A DNA stretch of 64,000 bases, from assembly GCA_963652025.1 (NCBI GenBank), contig CAVJRU010000003.1, positions 2,168 through 66,167 on the forward strand, written 5' to 3'. Origin of the DNA: a bacterium (GTDB lineage: Bacteria > Bacteroidota > Bacteroidia > Bacteroidales > UBA932). A program made the position numbers and the translations under genes. Position 1 is the first letter of the stretch. Each line of letters opens with the position of its first letter. Below, in pieces: positions 26,095-35,220 of the stretch. Under the pieces are notes generated by a model, which did no database searches, was not told the origin of the DNA, and was given only the letters and a program-made list of their open reading frames with translations.

Positions 26095-26205
26095 CTTTTT
26101 GTATTCTTCGAGACGCTTCCGGAATTCTTCCTTCCTTTTGCGCTCCGCCTTTTCCTTTCTGGCGAGGTAGTCCTCGTGGCGTTTCTCAAGATAATTGTCT
26201 GCCAT
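26071..26205 (-). CDS. Small highly basic protein, 44 aa (below the ORF-track cutoff)
   Basis: Hand translation gives MADNYLEKRHEDYLARKEKAERKRKEEFRKRLEEYKKKIGFKDS*. It lies 50 nt downstream of, and on the same strand as, the PUR-like gene. No homology check was possible. Confidence 0.4.
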   Translation of the reverse strand: MADNYLEKRHEDYLARKEKAERKRKEEFRKRLEEYKKKIGFKDS

Positions 26206-26255
26206 ATCGAAGTGTGATGCCTCTAAATGCGGCAAACCGCTATTTCCGCCTTCTG

Positions 26256-26588
26256 CTAAAGATCCTCGAAATTAACGTCTGAAGCATTGCCGGATGGTTT
26301 TTCAATCTCCGGGGCGTTCTTCTTGATGTAGGCGATTACCTCCTCAAGTCCTTCGGTGAACTTCTCGAAATCTTCTTTGTAGAGGAAAATCTTGTGCTTG
26401 TCGTATGTGAAGCGACCATCGCTTTCAGTGCGGCGTTTGCTCTCAGTTATTGTAAGGTAATAGTCATTGCCTTTTGTGGCTTTGACATCAAAGAAATAGG
26501 TGCGTTTTCCCGCTTTCACAGGTTTAGAATAGACATCCTCCCCATTGCGACCAAGGGTGTTGGCCCCGTCATAGTCTTCGCTGTACAT
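26256..26588 (-). CDS. PUR-alpha-like DNA/RNA-binding protein (DUF3276 family)
   Basis: 110 aa. SKPVKAGKRTYFFDVKATKGNDYYLTITESKRR...KHKIFLYKEDFEKF matches the Bacteroidetes PUR-repeat family pattern. Confidence 0.75.
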   Translation of the reverse strand: MYSEDYDGANTLGRNGEDVYSKPVKAGKRTYFFDVKATKGNDYYLTITESKRRTESDGRFTYDKHKIFLYKEDFEKFTEGLEEVIAYIKKNAPEIEKPSGNASDVNFEDL

Positions 26589-26693
26589 ATGTTGATTGTA
26601 TTAAAGTTATTGTTTCGCACTTGCGAAACTTGTGTTATCAGTTTATGTCGGACTTTTTGGAGTTCTTTTTTCAAAAAGAGGCTTAAAACTTCG

Positions 26694-26701
26694 CAAAGAT
26701 A
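26694..26701 (-). promoter_or_regulatory. -7 box TATCTTTG (minus strand) for the PUR-like gene
   Basis: CAAAGATA on the plus strand. It implies a leader of about 100 nt that contains the 8-bp inverted repeat GTTTCGCA-CT-TGCGAAAC (26616-26633). Confidence 0.35.
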
Positions 26702-26725
26702 TAGTTTTTTTTCTCAAATCGTGTG

Positions 26726-26733
26726 TATCTTTG
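26726..26733 (+). promoter_or_regulatory. -7 box TATCTTTG for nusB
   Basis: A TAnnTTTG match about 100 nt upstream of the nusB ATG, divergent from the box at 26694-26701. Confidence 0.35.
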
Positions 26734-26830
26734 CAAGAATTTGAGTTAAAATAGTATTAGCCGCAGGTTCAAGGAAAAATTAATGCAATCTTGTGGCGAA
26801 AATGATATAAAAATATGAAATTTTAATTTT

Positions 26831-27781
26831 ATGCTGAATAGACGAATACTACGAATCAAGGCATTCAAGACGGTCTACGCCAGTGTCCTGTCTGGAAATA
26901 TGTCGGTGGAGAACGCAAATTCTGAGCTTCGCGAGTCTTGTGAGGCAACCCGTGACCTCTTCATCTTTATGTCCGGGATTGTCGCTCCGCTCACCACAAT
27001 CGCCCGTGACAGGGTGGAAGCTCTCCGTACCAAGTTCAATCCTACCGAGGAGGAGCGCAACCCGAATATGAAATTCTGCGACAACCGCCTTGCGACAGCC
27101 CTCTCTGAGGACCTTAGCCTTAACAAGGCGCTCAAACAGAAGAAATTCTCCTGGGCGCAGTACGACCTTTTCCTCAAAAAGGTGCTCGATTCTGTTTATT
27201 CAAAGCAGTATTTTGCGGACTATATGTCATCAGAGGAGTCTTCTCTTGAGGAGGATTGCAAGCTTTTTATCCGCATCTTCGAAGAGGAATTTGTTGATTC
27301 TCCGGAACTTGCCTCCATTCTTGAGGAGATGTCCCTTTACTGGAATGATGACCTTGCATACTCTCTTACCTATTGCTGCAAGGCCTTCGAAGACATCGCA
27401 AAGGGTGGAAGCTGGGCTCTTCCTAAACTCTTCCTCAGCCAGACCAAACAGGGGATTGCCGGTGTGGAAGACGACGAGGCGTTCGTTAAGAGGCTTTTGG
27501 GACTGTCCCTTGTAAATTACGACAAATACTCACAGATGGTTTACGACTCTGCCCGCGGATGGGATTCGGACCGTCTTTTCCTTTCTGACGTTGTCCTTGT
27601 CGTTATGGGCATCACGGAAGTTATGGACTTCCCGACCATTCCGTTGAAGGTTTCAATCAACGAATATGTCGAACTCGCGAAGTTCTACGGCACACCTAAG
27701 AGCAGGGTTTTCGTGAACGGCGTTCTTGACAAAATCGTGAAAAAACTCTCAGAGGACGGTGCTTTGAAAAAGAGCATCTAA
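26831..27781 (+). CDS. nusB: Transcription antitermination factor NusB (long Bacteroidetes form)
   Basis: 316 aa. The N-terminus MLNRRILRIKAFKTVYA and the C-terminal NusB fold (INEYVELAKFYGTPKSRVFVNGVLDK) are recognisable. Confidence 0.8.
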   Translation: MLNRRILRIKAFKTVYASVLSGNMSVENANSELRESCEATRDLFIFMSGIVAPLTTIARDRVEALRTKFNPTEEERNPNMKFCDNRLATALSEDLSLNKALKQKKFSWAQYDLFLKKVLDSVYSKQYFADYMSSEESSLEEDCKLFIRIFEEEFVDSPELASILEEMSLYWNDDLAYSLTYCCKAFEDIAKGGSWALPKLFLSQTKQGIAGVEDDEAFVKRLLGLSLVNYDKYSQMVYDSARGWDSDRLFLSDVVLVVMGITEVMDFPTIPLKVSINEYVELAKFYGTPKSRVFVNGVLDKIVKKLSEDGALKKSI

Positions 27782-27837
27782 GGTAGTCCCATCGGATGAT
27801 AAATTGTTGATTATTAACTAAATAAATTGATATTTTT

Positions 27838-28188
27838 ATGACATCTCTCATCGCATTTTTGCAGACTCAGCCAGCCCCTCAGGGCGCATCTGCCAGCGGC
27901 TGGACAATGTGGGTTATGCTTCTTCTTATTTTCGTTGTGATGTGGTTCTTTATGATCCGCCCGCAGCGCAAACAGCAGAAAGAACTTCAGAAATTCCGTG
28001 ACGGCCTCAAAAGGGGCGACAAAGTCGTAACTGTCGGAGGCATTTTCGGAACAGTTGACGAGGTTAAGGAAAAATATGTCGTTCTCGAAGTTGACAAGGA
28101 CGTGAAAATCCGCGTGGACAAGAACGGTGTCGTTAAGGATTATTCCGACGCTGAGGCAACTTCCACTACAGCTACGACCACGAAGTAA
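27838..28188 (+). CDS. yajC: Preprotein translocase subunit YajC
   Basis: 116 aa. It contains MWFFMIRPQRKQQKELQKFRDGLKRGDKVVTVGGIFGTV. Confidence 0.9.
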   Translation: MTSLIAFLQTQPAPQGASASGWTMWVMLLLIFVVMWFFMIRPQRKQQKELQKFRDGLKRGDKVVTVGGIFGTVDEVKEKYVVLEVDKDVKIRVDKNGVVKDYSDAEATSTTATTTK

Positions 28189-28190
28189 CG

Positions 28191-29159
28191 ATGAAGCACT
28201 TCCTTCAGAAGCTTGTTAAATTTGTTAGAGTCAACAGACGGGATTTGACTGTTTTCTTCCTATCCCTTCTGCTGGCTTTAAGCATTTGGCTGATACACAA
28301 CGTTTCTCTTCGTTACAGCGAAGTGCTTACGGCGACCGTGTCGGCAAAATCAAGCCTTACCGGAAGGAAAAACGTTTCTTCAAACAACTGCATCGTAATT
28401 GCCCGATGCAGAGCCACAGGTTACGGTATACTTCGTAACAAGCTTTTTGCAGGTGCCAGGCCGGTCACTCTTGAACTTGAGCCGGGTGTTCTCAAACGTA
28501 AGGACGGCGATATGTTCTATATCGTGCCTGAGACTATGCCGGAAATCGGCAAGTCCATCTTCGGCGCCAACGTCAATACGGAATACTACATCACAGATAC
28601 GCTATTTTTTCAGTTTGTGGCGGAGAATAACAAAAGGGTTCCGCTTATTGCCATTGGAACAGTGGACTGCGCACCGCAGTATATGAGTCCCAAGGGCATA
28701 GAACTGAAGGTGGACTCGGTGGATGTTTACGGAGAGCCATCCCGTCTGGCGAATATTTCAAAGGTCCTGACAAAAAGCCTCTCGCTTTACGACCTTAATT
28801 CCGACATCCGCGGTCAGGTTCAGATTGAACCGATTAACGGGGTGAGGATTTCCGAGAGCGAAGTGGAGTACTCAGTCAGTGTCCGCCGTTACGTAACCGA
28901 GACGGTCCAGATGCCGATTGTGGTGAGGGGTGTCCCATCCCGCAAGAGGCTATCTGTCTATCCTCCGAGCCTGGAGGTTGAACTGAACTGCCAGTTCCCG
29001 CTAAGTGTGCGTCCCGACTCCGTGAATGTTCTATATGTCAACTACTCGGAGTTTGAGAAATCCCGCAGCGGGAAGTGCATTGTCCACACGGACCCGCTTC
29101 CGGAAGGAGTGTTGGGCATTGAACTTGGAAATGAAGTAGTTACCTGCATATCAAGGTAA
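28191..29159 (+). CDS. Membrane-anchored YbbR-like domain protein (hypothetical)
   Basis: 322 aa with one N-terminal TM helix (LTVFFLSLLLALSIWLI). The call rests on the nusB-yajC-ybbR-like synteny common in Bacteroidales; the domain assignment is unverified. Confidence 0.5.
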   Translation: MKHFLQKLVKFVRVNRRDLTVFFLSLLLALSIWLIHNVSLRYSEVLTATVSAKSSLTGRKNVSSNNCIVIARCRATGYGILRNKLFAGARPVTLELEPGVLKRKDGDMFYIVPETMPEIGKSIFGANVNTEYYITDTLFFQFVAENNKRVPLIAIGTVDCAPQYMSPKGIELKVDSVDVYGEPSRLANISKVLTKSLSLYDLNSDIRGQVQIEPINGVRISESEVEYSVSVRRYVTETVQMPIVVRGVPSRKRLSVYPPSLEVELNCQFPLSVRPDSVNVLYVNYSEFEKSRSGKCIVHTDPLPEGVLGIELGNEVVTCISR

Positions 29160-29205
29160 CAGGCATTTTATTTATAAAACATCTTAAAAAACTAAACGGA
29201 TTATT

Positions 29206-29640
29206 ATGAAAACTGATCTTTCAAAGATACTTTCCATCTCCGGCCAGAGCGGACTTTTCCTTTACATCGCTCACGCCCGTGCAGGCATCATCGTCGAGTC
29301 TCTTTCTGACCACAAGCGCAGCTGCTTCGGTCTGACGAGCAAAATGACTTCACTTTCCGACATCTCCATCTACACTGACGAGGGCGAAATGAAACTTTCA
29401 GAGGTATTCACTCACCTCAATGAGGCTCTTTCCGGTGCTGAGGCACCTTCCTCAAAGTCTGATGCCGAGACTCTCAAGGCACTTTTTGCCAAGGCTGTGC
29501 CGACATACGATGGCGACCGCTTCTATGTTTCCCATATGAAGAAGGTTGTTGACTGGTACAATTGCCTTCTGAAGTATGCTTCCCTTGATTTCGTAAATCC
29601 TGAGGAAGAGGAGGCTGAGGAAGAAAAGGCAGCGGAATAA
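29206..29640 (+). CDS. Conserved hypothetical protein (DUF5606-like), acidic C-terminus
   Basis: 144 aa. The N-terminus LSKILSISGQSGLFLYIA resembles the DUF5606 family start. This is from memory only. Confidence 0.4.
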   Translation: MKTDLSKILSISGQSGLFLYIAHARAGIIVESLSDHKRSCFGLTSKMTSLSDISIYTDEGEMKLSEVFTHLNEALSGAEAPSSKSDAETLKALFAKAVPTYDGDRFYVSHMKKVVDWYNCLLKYASLDFVNPEEEEAEEEKAAE

Positions 29641-29691
29641 TCTCTCCGATGCTTCTTTAGAAACAGAATAATCGCATTTTATAATAGGATT

Positions 29692-31032
29692 ATGGCGAAA
29701 AAAAGGCTTCAGATTGTAACCCGGGGTTGCTCCAAGAACAAGGTTGACACCGAACACATTCTTTCGCAGGCCGAATCAGATTACGCTCTCGTTCCCGAAG
29801 AAGGGGATGGGAGCGAATTTGTCGATGTGGTCGCGGTGAACACTTGCGGATTCATTGGTGACGCGAAAGAGGAATCCATCAACACGATACTCGAAATCGC
29901 CGAGCGGAAAAAGGCTGGGAAAGTGGGAGAAATTATCGTATTCGGCTGTCTTTCACAACGTTATGCCGATGAACTTCCATCCCTCATCCCTGAAGTTGAC
30001 CAGTGGCTGGGAGCGCGCGACACTGATGAGGTGCTTTCTGCCCTTAAAATCTCTCCAAACCGCGCTCTTGACCATAGCCGAGTGCTTACCGAGGGGGGAA
30101 GTTACGCCTATCTGAAAATTAGCGAAGGATGCAACCGCCGCTGCTCCTACTGCGCAATTCCATACATCAGAGGAGCGCACAAGTCCGTTCCGATTGAGAA
30201 CCTTGTGAAGGAGGCTGAATTTCTCGCCTCAAAGGGGGTCAGGGAGCTGATTATAATCGCCCAGGACACGACCTATTACGGACTGGACCTGTATCATCGC
30301 AGGGCACTCGGCGACCTTCTCACGGCTCTCTCAAAGGTCGAGGGAATAGAATGGCTCAGAATCCACTATTCCTACCCGGCCGACTTCCCTGAGGACGTTC
30401 TTGACATAATGGCTCAGAATCCTAAGGTCTGCCGCTATATGGACATTCCTCTCCAGCACATCAGCGACAAGGTTCTGGACAATATGCACAGGAATGTGAC
30501 CGGAAAATGGACGCGTGAACTCATCTCGAAGATGAGAGAAAAAGTCCCCGGCGTAGTACTTAGGACCACGATGATTGTGGGACATCCGGGTGAGGGAAGC
30601 CGAGAATTCAAACAGCTTCTGGACTTTGTGCGTGACGCGCATTTCGAAAGACTCGGAGCATTTACCTACTCGGAGGAAGAGGGAACATACGGCGCGAAGC
30701 ATTTTAAGGATACTGTTCGTCAGAGCACAAAACAAAAACGTTACGACGAACTGATGACTCTTCAGAAAGAAATTTCGCTTCAGTACAACCTCTCTCGCGT
30801 GGGGAGTGAGCTGAAAGTTCTGGTGGATTCCTGGTTTGCTGACCAGAATGTGCTTGTTTGCAGAAGTGAATTCGAGTCTCCGGAAGTCGATGGCGAGATT
30901 CTTGTAAAATACTCTCCGGATTTGTTCGGCAGTGTTGACCCTCAGTCGCTTGTGGGAAAATTTATCAATGTCCGCATAACAGCCGCTGATGATTACGACC
31001 TCACCGCCGACTTTATTGAAGTATTATGCTAA
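29692..31032 (+). CDS. rimO: Ribosomal protein S12 methylthiotransferase RimO (radical SAM)
   Basis: 446 aa. It has a UPF0004 N-domain with Cys residues (TRGCSKN, NTCGF), the radical-SAM motif CNRRCSYC, and a TRAM-like C-terminus. Confidence 0.9.
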   Translation: MAKKRLQIVTRGCSKNKVDTEHILSQAESDYALVPEEGDGSEFVDVVAVNTCGFIGDAKEESINTILEIAERKKAGKVGEIIVFGCLSQRYADELPSLIPEVDQWLGARDTDEVLSALKISPNRALDHSRVLTEGGSYAYLKISEGCNRRCSYCAIPYIRGAHKSVPIENLVKEAEFLASKGVRELIIIAQDTTYYGLDLYHRRALGDLLTALSKVEGIEWLRIHYSYPADFPEDVLDIMAQNPKVCRYMDIPLQHISDKVLDNMHRNVTGKWTRELISKMREKVPGVVLRTTMIVGHPGEGSREFKQLLDFVRDAHFERLGAFTYSEEEGTYGAKHFKDTVRQSTKQKRYDELMTLQKEISLQYNLSRVGSELKVLVDSWFADQNVLVCRSEFESPEVDGEILVKYSPDLFGSVDPQSLVGKFINVRITAADDYDLTADFIEVLC

Positions 31033-31850
31033 AGAAGTATTTTACGCTTATTCTTGCGGTAGTCTGCCTCGCCGGATGTTCGCCGCAACTTTACGATGTG
31101 ACGCTTGAAATGCGTCATCCTTCCTCTTCGGGTCTTGACCTCACAGGGAAACGCGTGGCGATTGTCTACCCATACGGTCTGAGTCAGGAGGAAATGCAGC
31201 TCACATCGGCACTCTGCTCAACTCTTGCAGACAGACTTGACGCTGCCTACCCTGAGAGCGATTCGACGTCGCTTTACACTATTGAGTATAACGACAGCTA
31301 CTCCGCGATGTCCTCCGCAGACTCTCTTGTGAGCCTTACGCTTAAAACGGATGCGGATGTGCTTATGCTTTTGGGACGCGCCGGGGAATTGGCCGACGGC
31401 TACAAGAGTGAATCTTTCACGCTTCCTCTCTACTGCTACGATGCCCTCAGCGGGTCGGACAATTCTGCAGTTAAGACTTTCACCATTGCTGCTGACGCCG
31501 GAAGCGACCCGGAGGCTAGCGGGAAAAGCATTGCAAACAAAATTTCCTCTTCGTTCACTCCGCAGTGGAAGGCCGAGCAGTTCGGAATCTGGTACAGAGA
31601 CACGGAAGACTGGGGGAGCGCGCTGGACGATGCTCTTGATTTCAAATGGGATTCGGCAATAAAGAAATGGATGTCGCTTCTTGAAAATACCAAGGATTCG
31701 TTCCTGAGAGCGAAACTTGAGTACAACATCGGGCTGGGATGCTTTATGTTGGGAGCAAATGACCTCTCTCTCGAGTGGCTGAATCAGTCCAAAGAGGAAG
31801 CGCCATCTGATGAGACGACGGCGCTTATAAAAAGGGTAAATAAAAAATGA
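31026..31850 (+). CDS. Hypothetical lipoprotein (possible TPR-like C-terminus)
   Basis: 274 aa with lipobox LAGCSP. It overlaps the rimO stop by 7 nt, which suggests translational coupling. Confidence 0.5.
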   Translation: MLKKYFTLILAVVCLAGCSPQLYDVTLEMRHPSSSGLDLTGKRVAIVYPYGLSQEEMQLTSALCSTLADRLDAAYPESDSTSLYTIEYNDSYSAMSSADSLVSLTLKTDADVLMLLGRAGELADGYKSESFTLPLYCYDALSGSDNSAVKTFTIAADAGSDPEASGKSIANKISSSFTPQWKAEQFGIWYRDTEDWGSALDDALDFKWDSAIKKWMSLLENTKDSFLRAKLEYNIGLGCFMLGANDLSLEWLNQSKEEAPSDETTALIKRVNKK

Positions 31851-31873
31851 TGGTCTTCAACCATCATTTTTTT
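31842..31873. terminator. Bidirectional terminator hairpin between convergent genes
   Basis: AAAAAATGATGGT-CTTCA-ACCATCATTTTTT. Both flanking stop codons lie inside the arms. Confidence 0.65.
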
Positions 31874-32972
31874 ATTTACTATTTTTTCGTGACGTTTTTC
31901 TTTTCTCGTGCTGCTCAGAGCGCATCTCGCGGCGTTTTGCTATTCTCTCCGCTCTCTCTTCCCTCCGTTTTGTAATCTTCTGAGCAATCTCGCCTTCAAA
32001 ATTCTCGAAAGTCGTCGGGAAACGTTCCTTTATTTTCTCGATGCATTCCTTAATGAACGAATCCACGTGGCGAGAACGTTTTTCTTCGTAGATGTCGTTG
32101 AAATCCACCAGGATTCCAGTCTCCTCCACATCTCCGAACTCATCGTTGATTGCGGTTCCGAAAACCTTCAGGGAAGGGGAGATGCCCATATAGCTATTCA
32201 CAAGCGGCGGTATGTTCACTCCGAGCGCCTGTACCTCGCGTTTGAGGATTTTGTAATCCTCTTTGAATCCCTCCTCGCAAAGAACTTTGTCCATAAGGGC
32301 AGTATCAGTCTCAATCTTCACCGGGTTGCGGGTCGTAACGAGATTTTCCGTGTCCGCGAAATGCTTTTTCAGAAAATGCAGGATGAGGTCGCGCCCGTAG
32401 CGGTTGAATGACGGATACATTGTCATCTTGCCGAAGTAGTAGCGCATTCCGGGACGGAGCATCATAATAGCTCCCAGACCATCCCAGAGGTTATCCAGCG
32501 CAAACACTCCTTTGACTCCCATCTCTCCGTTCTGGTAGCGCTGGCTGACGAACGAGCGGCCGAGCTCAACTGTCTGCGGAAGATATTCCCTGATGAATTT
32601 ATCAGAGAAATGGAATAGGTGAGTGGTGGCGATTATCGGCTGACCGCTTTCGTCAAGACGCACATTCGTGCCGAAGATGTAGCGGTAGCCGCCGATGATG
32701 GCCCTGTTGTCCGGGTCCCAGACAATGAGCTGCTTGCAAGGCGGGTCCATCGTGTCGAACGAGTCGATGTCCAGACTCTCGCCCGTGCCGCCTCCCGCTG
32801 TCCTGAACGCCTCCTCGCGAAGACGTCCGATTTCTTTCATTACATTGGGGGAGTTCTGTGCGGTGACGATATAAAGCTCGTTGCCGCCTTTATTTGTGTT
32901 GCGAAGTTTCTTGTCCTGGGTAAGTTCGCTCTCAAGAAGCTGAACATCCACCGGCGCAATTATTTCTTCCAT
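31872..32972 (-). CDS. glsB: N-acyl amino acid synthase / OlsB-like GNAT N-acyltransferase (glycine-lipid GlsB / commendamide-synthase type), with a polybasic tail
   Basis: 366 aa. The call rests on its position directly downstream of a PlsC-like acyltransferase on the same strand, as in the Bacteroides glsA/glsB pair, and on an OlsB-like core (RYIFG..., FALDNLWDGLGAIM). The tail is KRREERAERIAKRREMRSEQHEKRKTSRKNSK. Confidence 0.6.
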   Translation of the reverse strand: MEEIIAPVDVQLLESELTQDKKLRNTNKGGNELYIVTAQNSPNVMKEIGRLREEAFRTAGGGTGESLDIDSFDTMDPPCKQLIVWDPDNRAIIGGYRYIFGTNVRLDESGQPIIATTHLFHFSDKFIREYLPQTVELGRSFVSQRYQNGEMGVKGVFALDNLWDGLGAIMMLRPGMRYYFGKMTMYPSFNRYGRDLILHFLKKHFADTENLVTTRNPVKIETDTALMDKVLCEEGFKEDYKILKREVQALGVNIPPLVNSYMGISPSLKVFGTAINDEFGDVEETGILVDFNDIYEEKRSRHVDSFIKECIEKIKERFPTTFENFEGEIAQKITKRREERAERIAKRREMRSEQHEKRKTSRKNSK

Positions 32973-33017
32973 ATTTTATTCGAAGTATTAGATTACTGAA
33001 TATAGGGGAGATGCAGT

Positions 33018-33860
33018 TTATTTTTCCTCTTCTGCCTTCCACTCAAGTTCATATACCTTGTCTTTCATCTCCTGGGCCCACTCTTTTGCAGTTTTGCTCC
33101 TGTCGAATGTCTCCCACGGGATAGGCTCTCCAAAAATTATGCGATAGGTCTTGCCCTGAGCCTTGTAGAGCTCGTCAGGGAGAAACGCCATCGCAATGTT
33201 GAATTTAAGATGCAGGGCCTTTGAGAGGTTTGCGACCCTGTAAAACCGCGACGAGTTCTCGCCGATGAAATGAACTGGAACTATATCTCTTTGATATTCA
33301 ACGCTTTTCTTTATGCACACCTTACCCCACTCGAGGTCCTTTATCACGCCGCCCCTTTTCCTGGAGCAAAGCCCGGCAGGGAACATAAGAATCTGATTGT
33401 CAGAGGCAAAAATGTCATTCGTAAGCCGAGGAAGGTCTCTGTTCTGATTGCCGATTTCGGAGCCTTTTGTCTTCACTTTCGCATGAACCGGGATGCAGAG
33501 GGGGGCAAGGCCTTCCAGGTGCATCAGAAACTCGTTCACCATCATTCGGATTTTCCCGTCGAAACGTCTGCCGATTATTCCGGCAAGCGCAACTCCGTCC
33601 ACTCCGCCCAGCGGGTGATTGGAAACAAAAGTGTATCGGCCGTCGGTGGGGATATTTTCCAACCCCTGCACCTTCAATGTTATGTTAAGGTATTTGATTG
33701 TGTTCTCACAGAATTCCACACCTTCGTACCCTTGGCTGAGGTAGCCGTTGACGTAATCTTCGTGAAGAAGGCGACGTATCAGCCACACTATAAGTCTCGG
33801 AGTCTTTCCGTGGAATTTTTTAGCGAGAATCTTCTCAATATCTATGGTTTGTCCTGCCAT
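33018..33860 (-). CDS. glsA: Lysophospholipid/PlsC-family O-acyltransferase (GlsA-like)
   Basis: 280 aa. The acyltransferase motif is VSNHPLGGVDG (an HX5D variant), with a downstream FPAGLCSRK box. Confidence 0.7.
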   Translation of the reverse strand: MAGQTIDIEKILAKKFHGKTPRLIVWLIRRLLHEDYVNGYLSQGYEGVEFCENTIKYLNITLKVQGLENIPTDGRYTFVSNHPLGGVDGVALAGIIGRRFDGKIRMMVNEFLMHLEGLAPLCIPVHAKVKTKGSEIGNQNRDLPRLTNDIFASDNQILMFPAGLCSRKRGGVIKDLEWGKVCIKKSVEYQRDIVPVHFIGENSSRFYRVANLSKALHLKFNIAMAFLPDELYKAQGKTYRIIFGEPIPWETFDRSKTAKEWAQEMKDKVYELEWKAEEEK

Positions 33861-33926
33861 ATGCTAAATTTTCTGGAACTTTCGCTATTGCGTAAAATTT
33901 ATTTGACCACTCTTTCCTGCAATAGT

Positions 33927-35144
33927 TTAATCCTCGATGGCTTCGGCAAGAACGCTGATAGGATGTTTTACGTTGAAGCCGGTGGACATCTCTATCTGCC
34001 ATTTGCAGGTCTCGCAGTCGCAGGAGACAAAGTCCGGGGCGACTGAGGCAATCTGGTCGAAAAGCGGTTTACCGATAGCTTGTGAAGTCTCGTAGTTCTC
34101 TTTCTTGAACCCGTATGTTCCTGATATTCCGCAGCAGTTGCTCTTCAGAACCGTGAGTTCCACGCCAGGTATGGCGCGAAGAAGCGCGATGGAGAAGTGC
34201 TGCCAGCCGAGTTTTTCCAGGTGGCAAGGGGTGTGGTAGGCTATTTTTGCCTTATAATCCTTCTTGAACTTAAACTGCGCCTTGCCTTCTGAAATTCTTT
34301 TGAAGATGAACTTCGTTGCAAGGTCGAAACTGTCGCGGAACGAGTCCGTGGAAAGTCCCAAAAGGTGAGGATATTCGTCTCTTATCGTGAGGCAGCAGGT
34401 GGAAGAAACTCCCACAATCGGGTCCCCGGTCTCTCTGAGCGCCTTTTCCATCACTTCAATGTTCTTCTTGGCATTGCTCGTTGCAACTCCCGACAGTCCG
34501 TTGGAGATGGCTGCAATCGAGCAGCATTTCTCGCCGTCAAGCAGTCTCACGCCCACTCCCAACGCGTTCATAACCTTAACGAAATCGCGTCCGAGCTGCG
34601 GATAATTGTAGTTCGCGTAGCAGCCGTGGTAGTAGTTGATGTGCTCCGGGAATGCTTCCTGGGCAGCCTTCGCATTCTTCTTGAACCATTTTTCGAAGGT
34701 TTCGCTTGCGTAGGAAGGGAGTGTTCTGCGGTGGTCCACTCCTACGAAGGTGTGCATAAGATTCTTGGTCACATTGTTATGCAAAACCGGATTCACGATG
34801 CCCGACATTTTTGTCGCAACTGCTCCCATAAGGTCGGTGCTTCCGAGGGCTATGTCACGTAGCGACGGAACGTGGGCTCCGTATGTGAGTTTTGCGTTCT
34901 GGATTATGTCAGCGACCCTTACACCTGACGGACAAGCCACCTCGCACCGCTTGCAGTTGAGACAGTATTTTAGGGCTTTGTCATAGTAGGATTTATTTTT
35001 TAGGCGCAGCCTCTCTCCGTCAGGTCCTGCCTGTTTCGGACCTGGGTAAAGAGGATTTGCCGGAACCACCGGACAATATACCGTGCAAATCGTGCATTTG
35101 AGGCACTGCTCAAAGTTATTGTCTGCTATGTTGTGCTTTTTCAT
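33927..35144 (-). CDS. glpC: Anaerobic glycerol-3-phosphate dehydrogenase subunit C (Fe-S)
   Basis: 405 aa. Two ferredoxin-type motifs are CLKCTICTVYCP and CLNCKRCEVACP, followed by CCG domains. Confidence 0.85.
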   Translation of the reverse strand: MKKHNIADNNFEQCLKCTICTVYCPVVPANPLYPGPKQAGPDGERLRLKNKSYYDKALKYCLNCKRCEVACPSGVRVADIIQNAKLTYGAHVPSLRDIALGSTDLMGAVATKMSGIVNPVLHNNVTKNLMHTFVGVDHRRTLPSYASETFEKWFKKNAKAAQEAFPEHINYYHGCYANYNYPQLGRDFVKVMNALGVGVRLLDGEKCCSIAAISNGLSGVATSNAKKNIEVMEKALRETGDPIVGVSSTCCLTIRDEYPHLLGLSTDSFRDSFDLATKFIFKRISEGKAQFKFKKDYKAKIAYHTPCHLEKLGWQHFSIALLRAIPGVELTVLKSNCCGISGTYGFKKENYETSQAIGKPLFDQIASVAPDFVSCDCETCKWQIEMSTGFNVKHPISVLAEAIED

Positions 35145-35220
35145 TTTCTGAATCTATTTTGTCTGAATTTTCAGGAGAAAAATTCTACGAAGAGTCTTTC
35201 TGCGGGGTTTTAATGGATGT

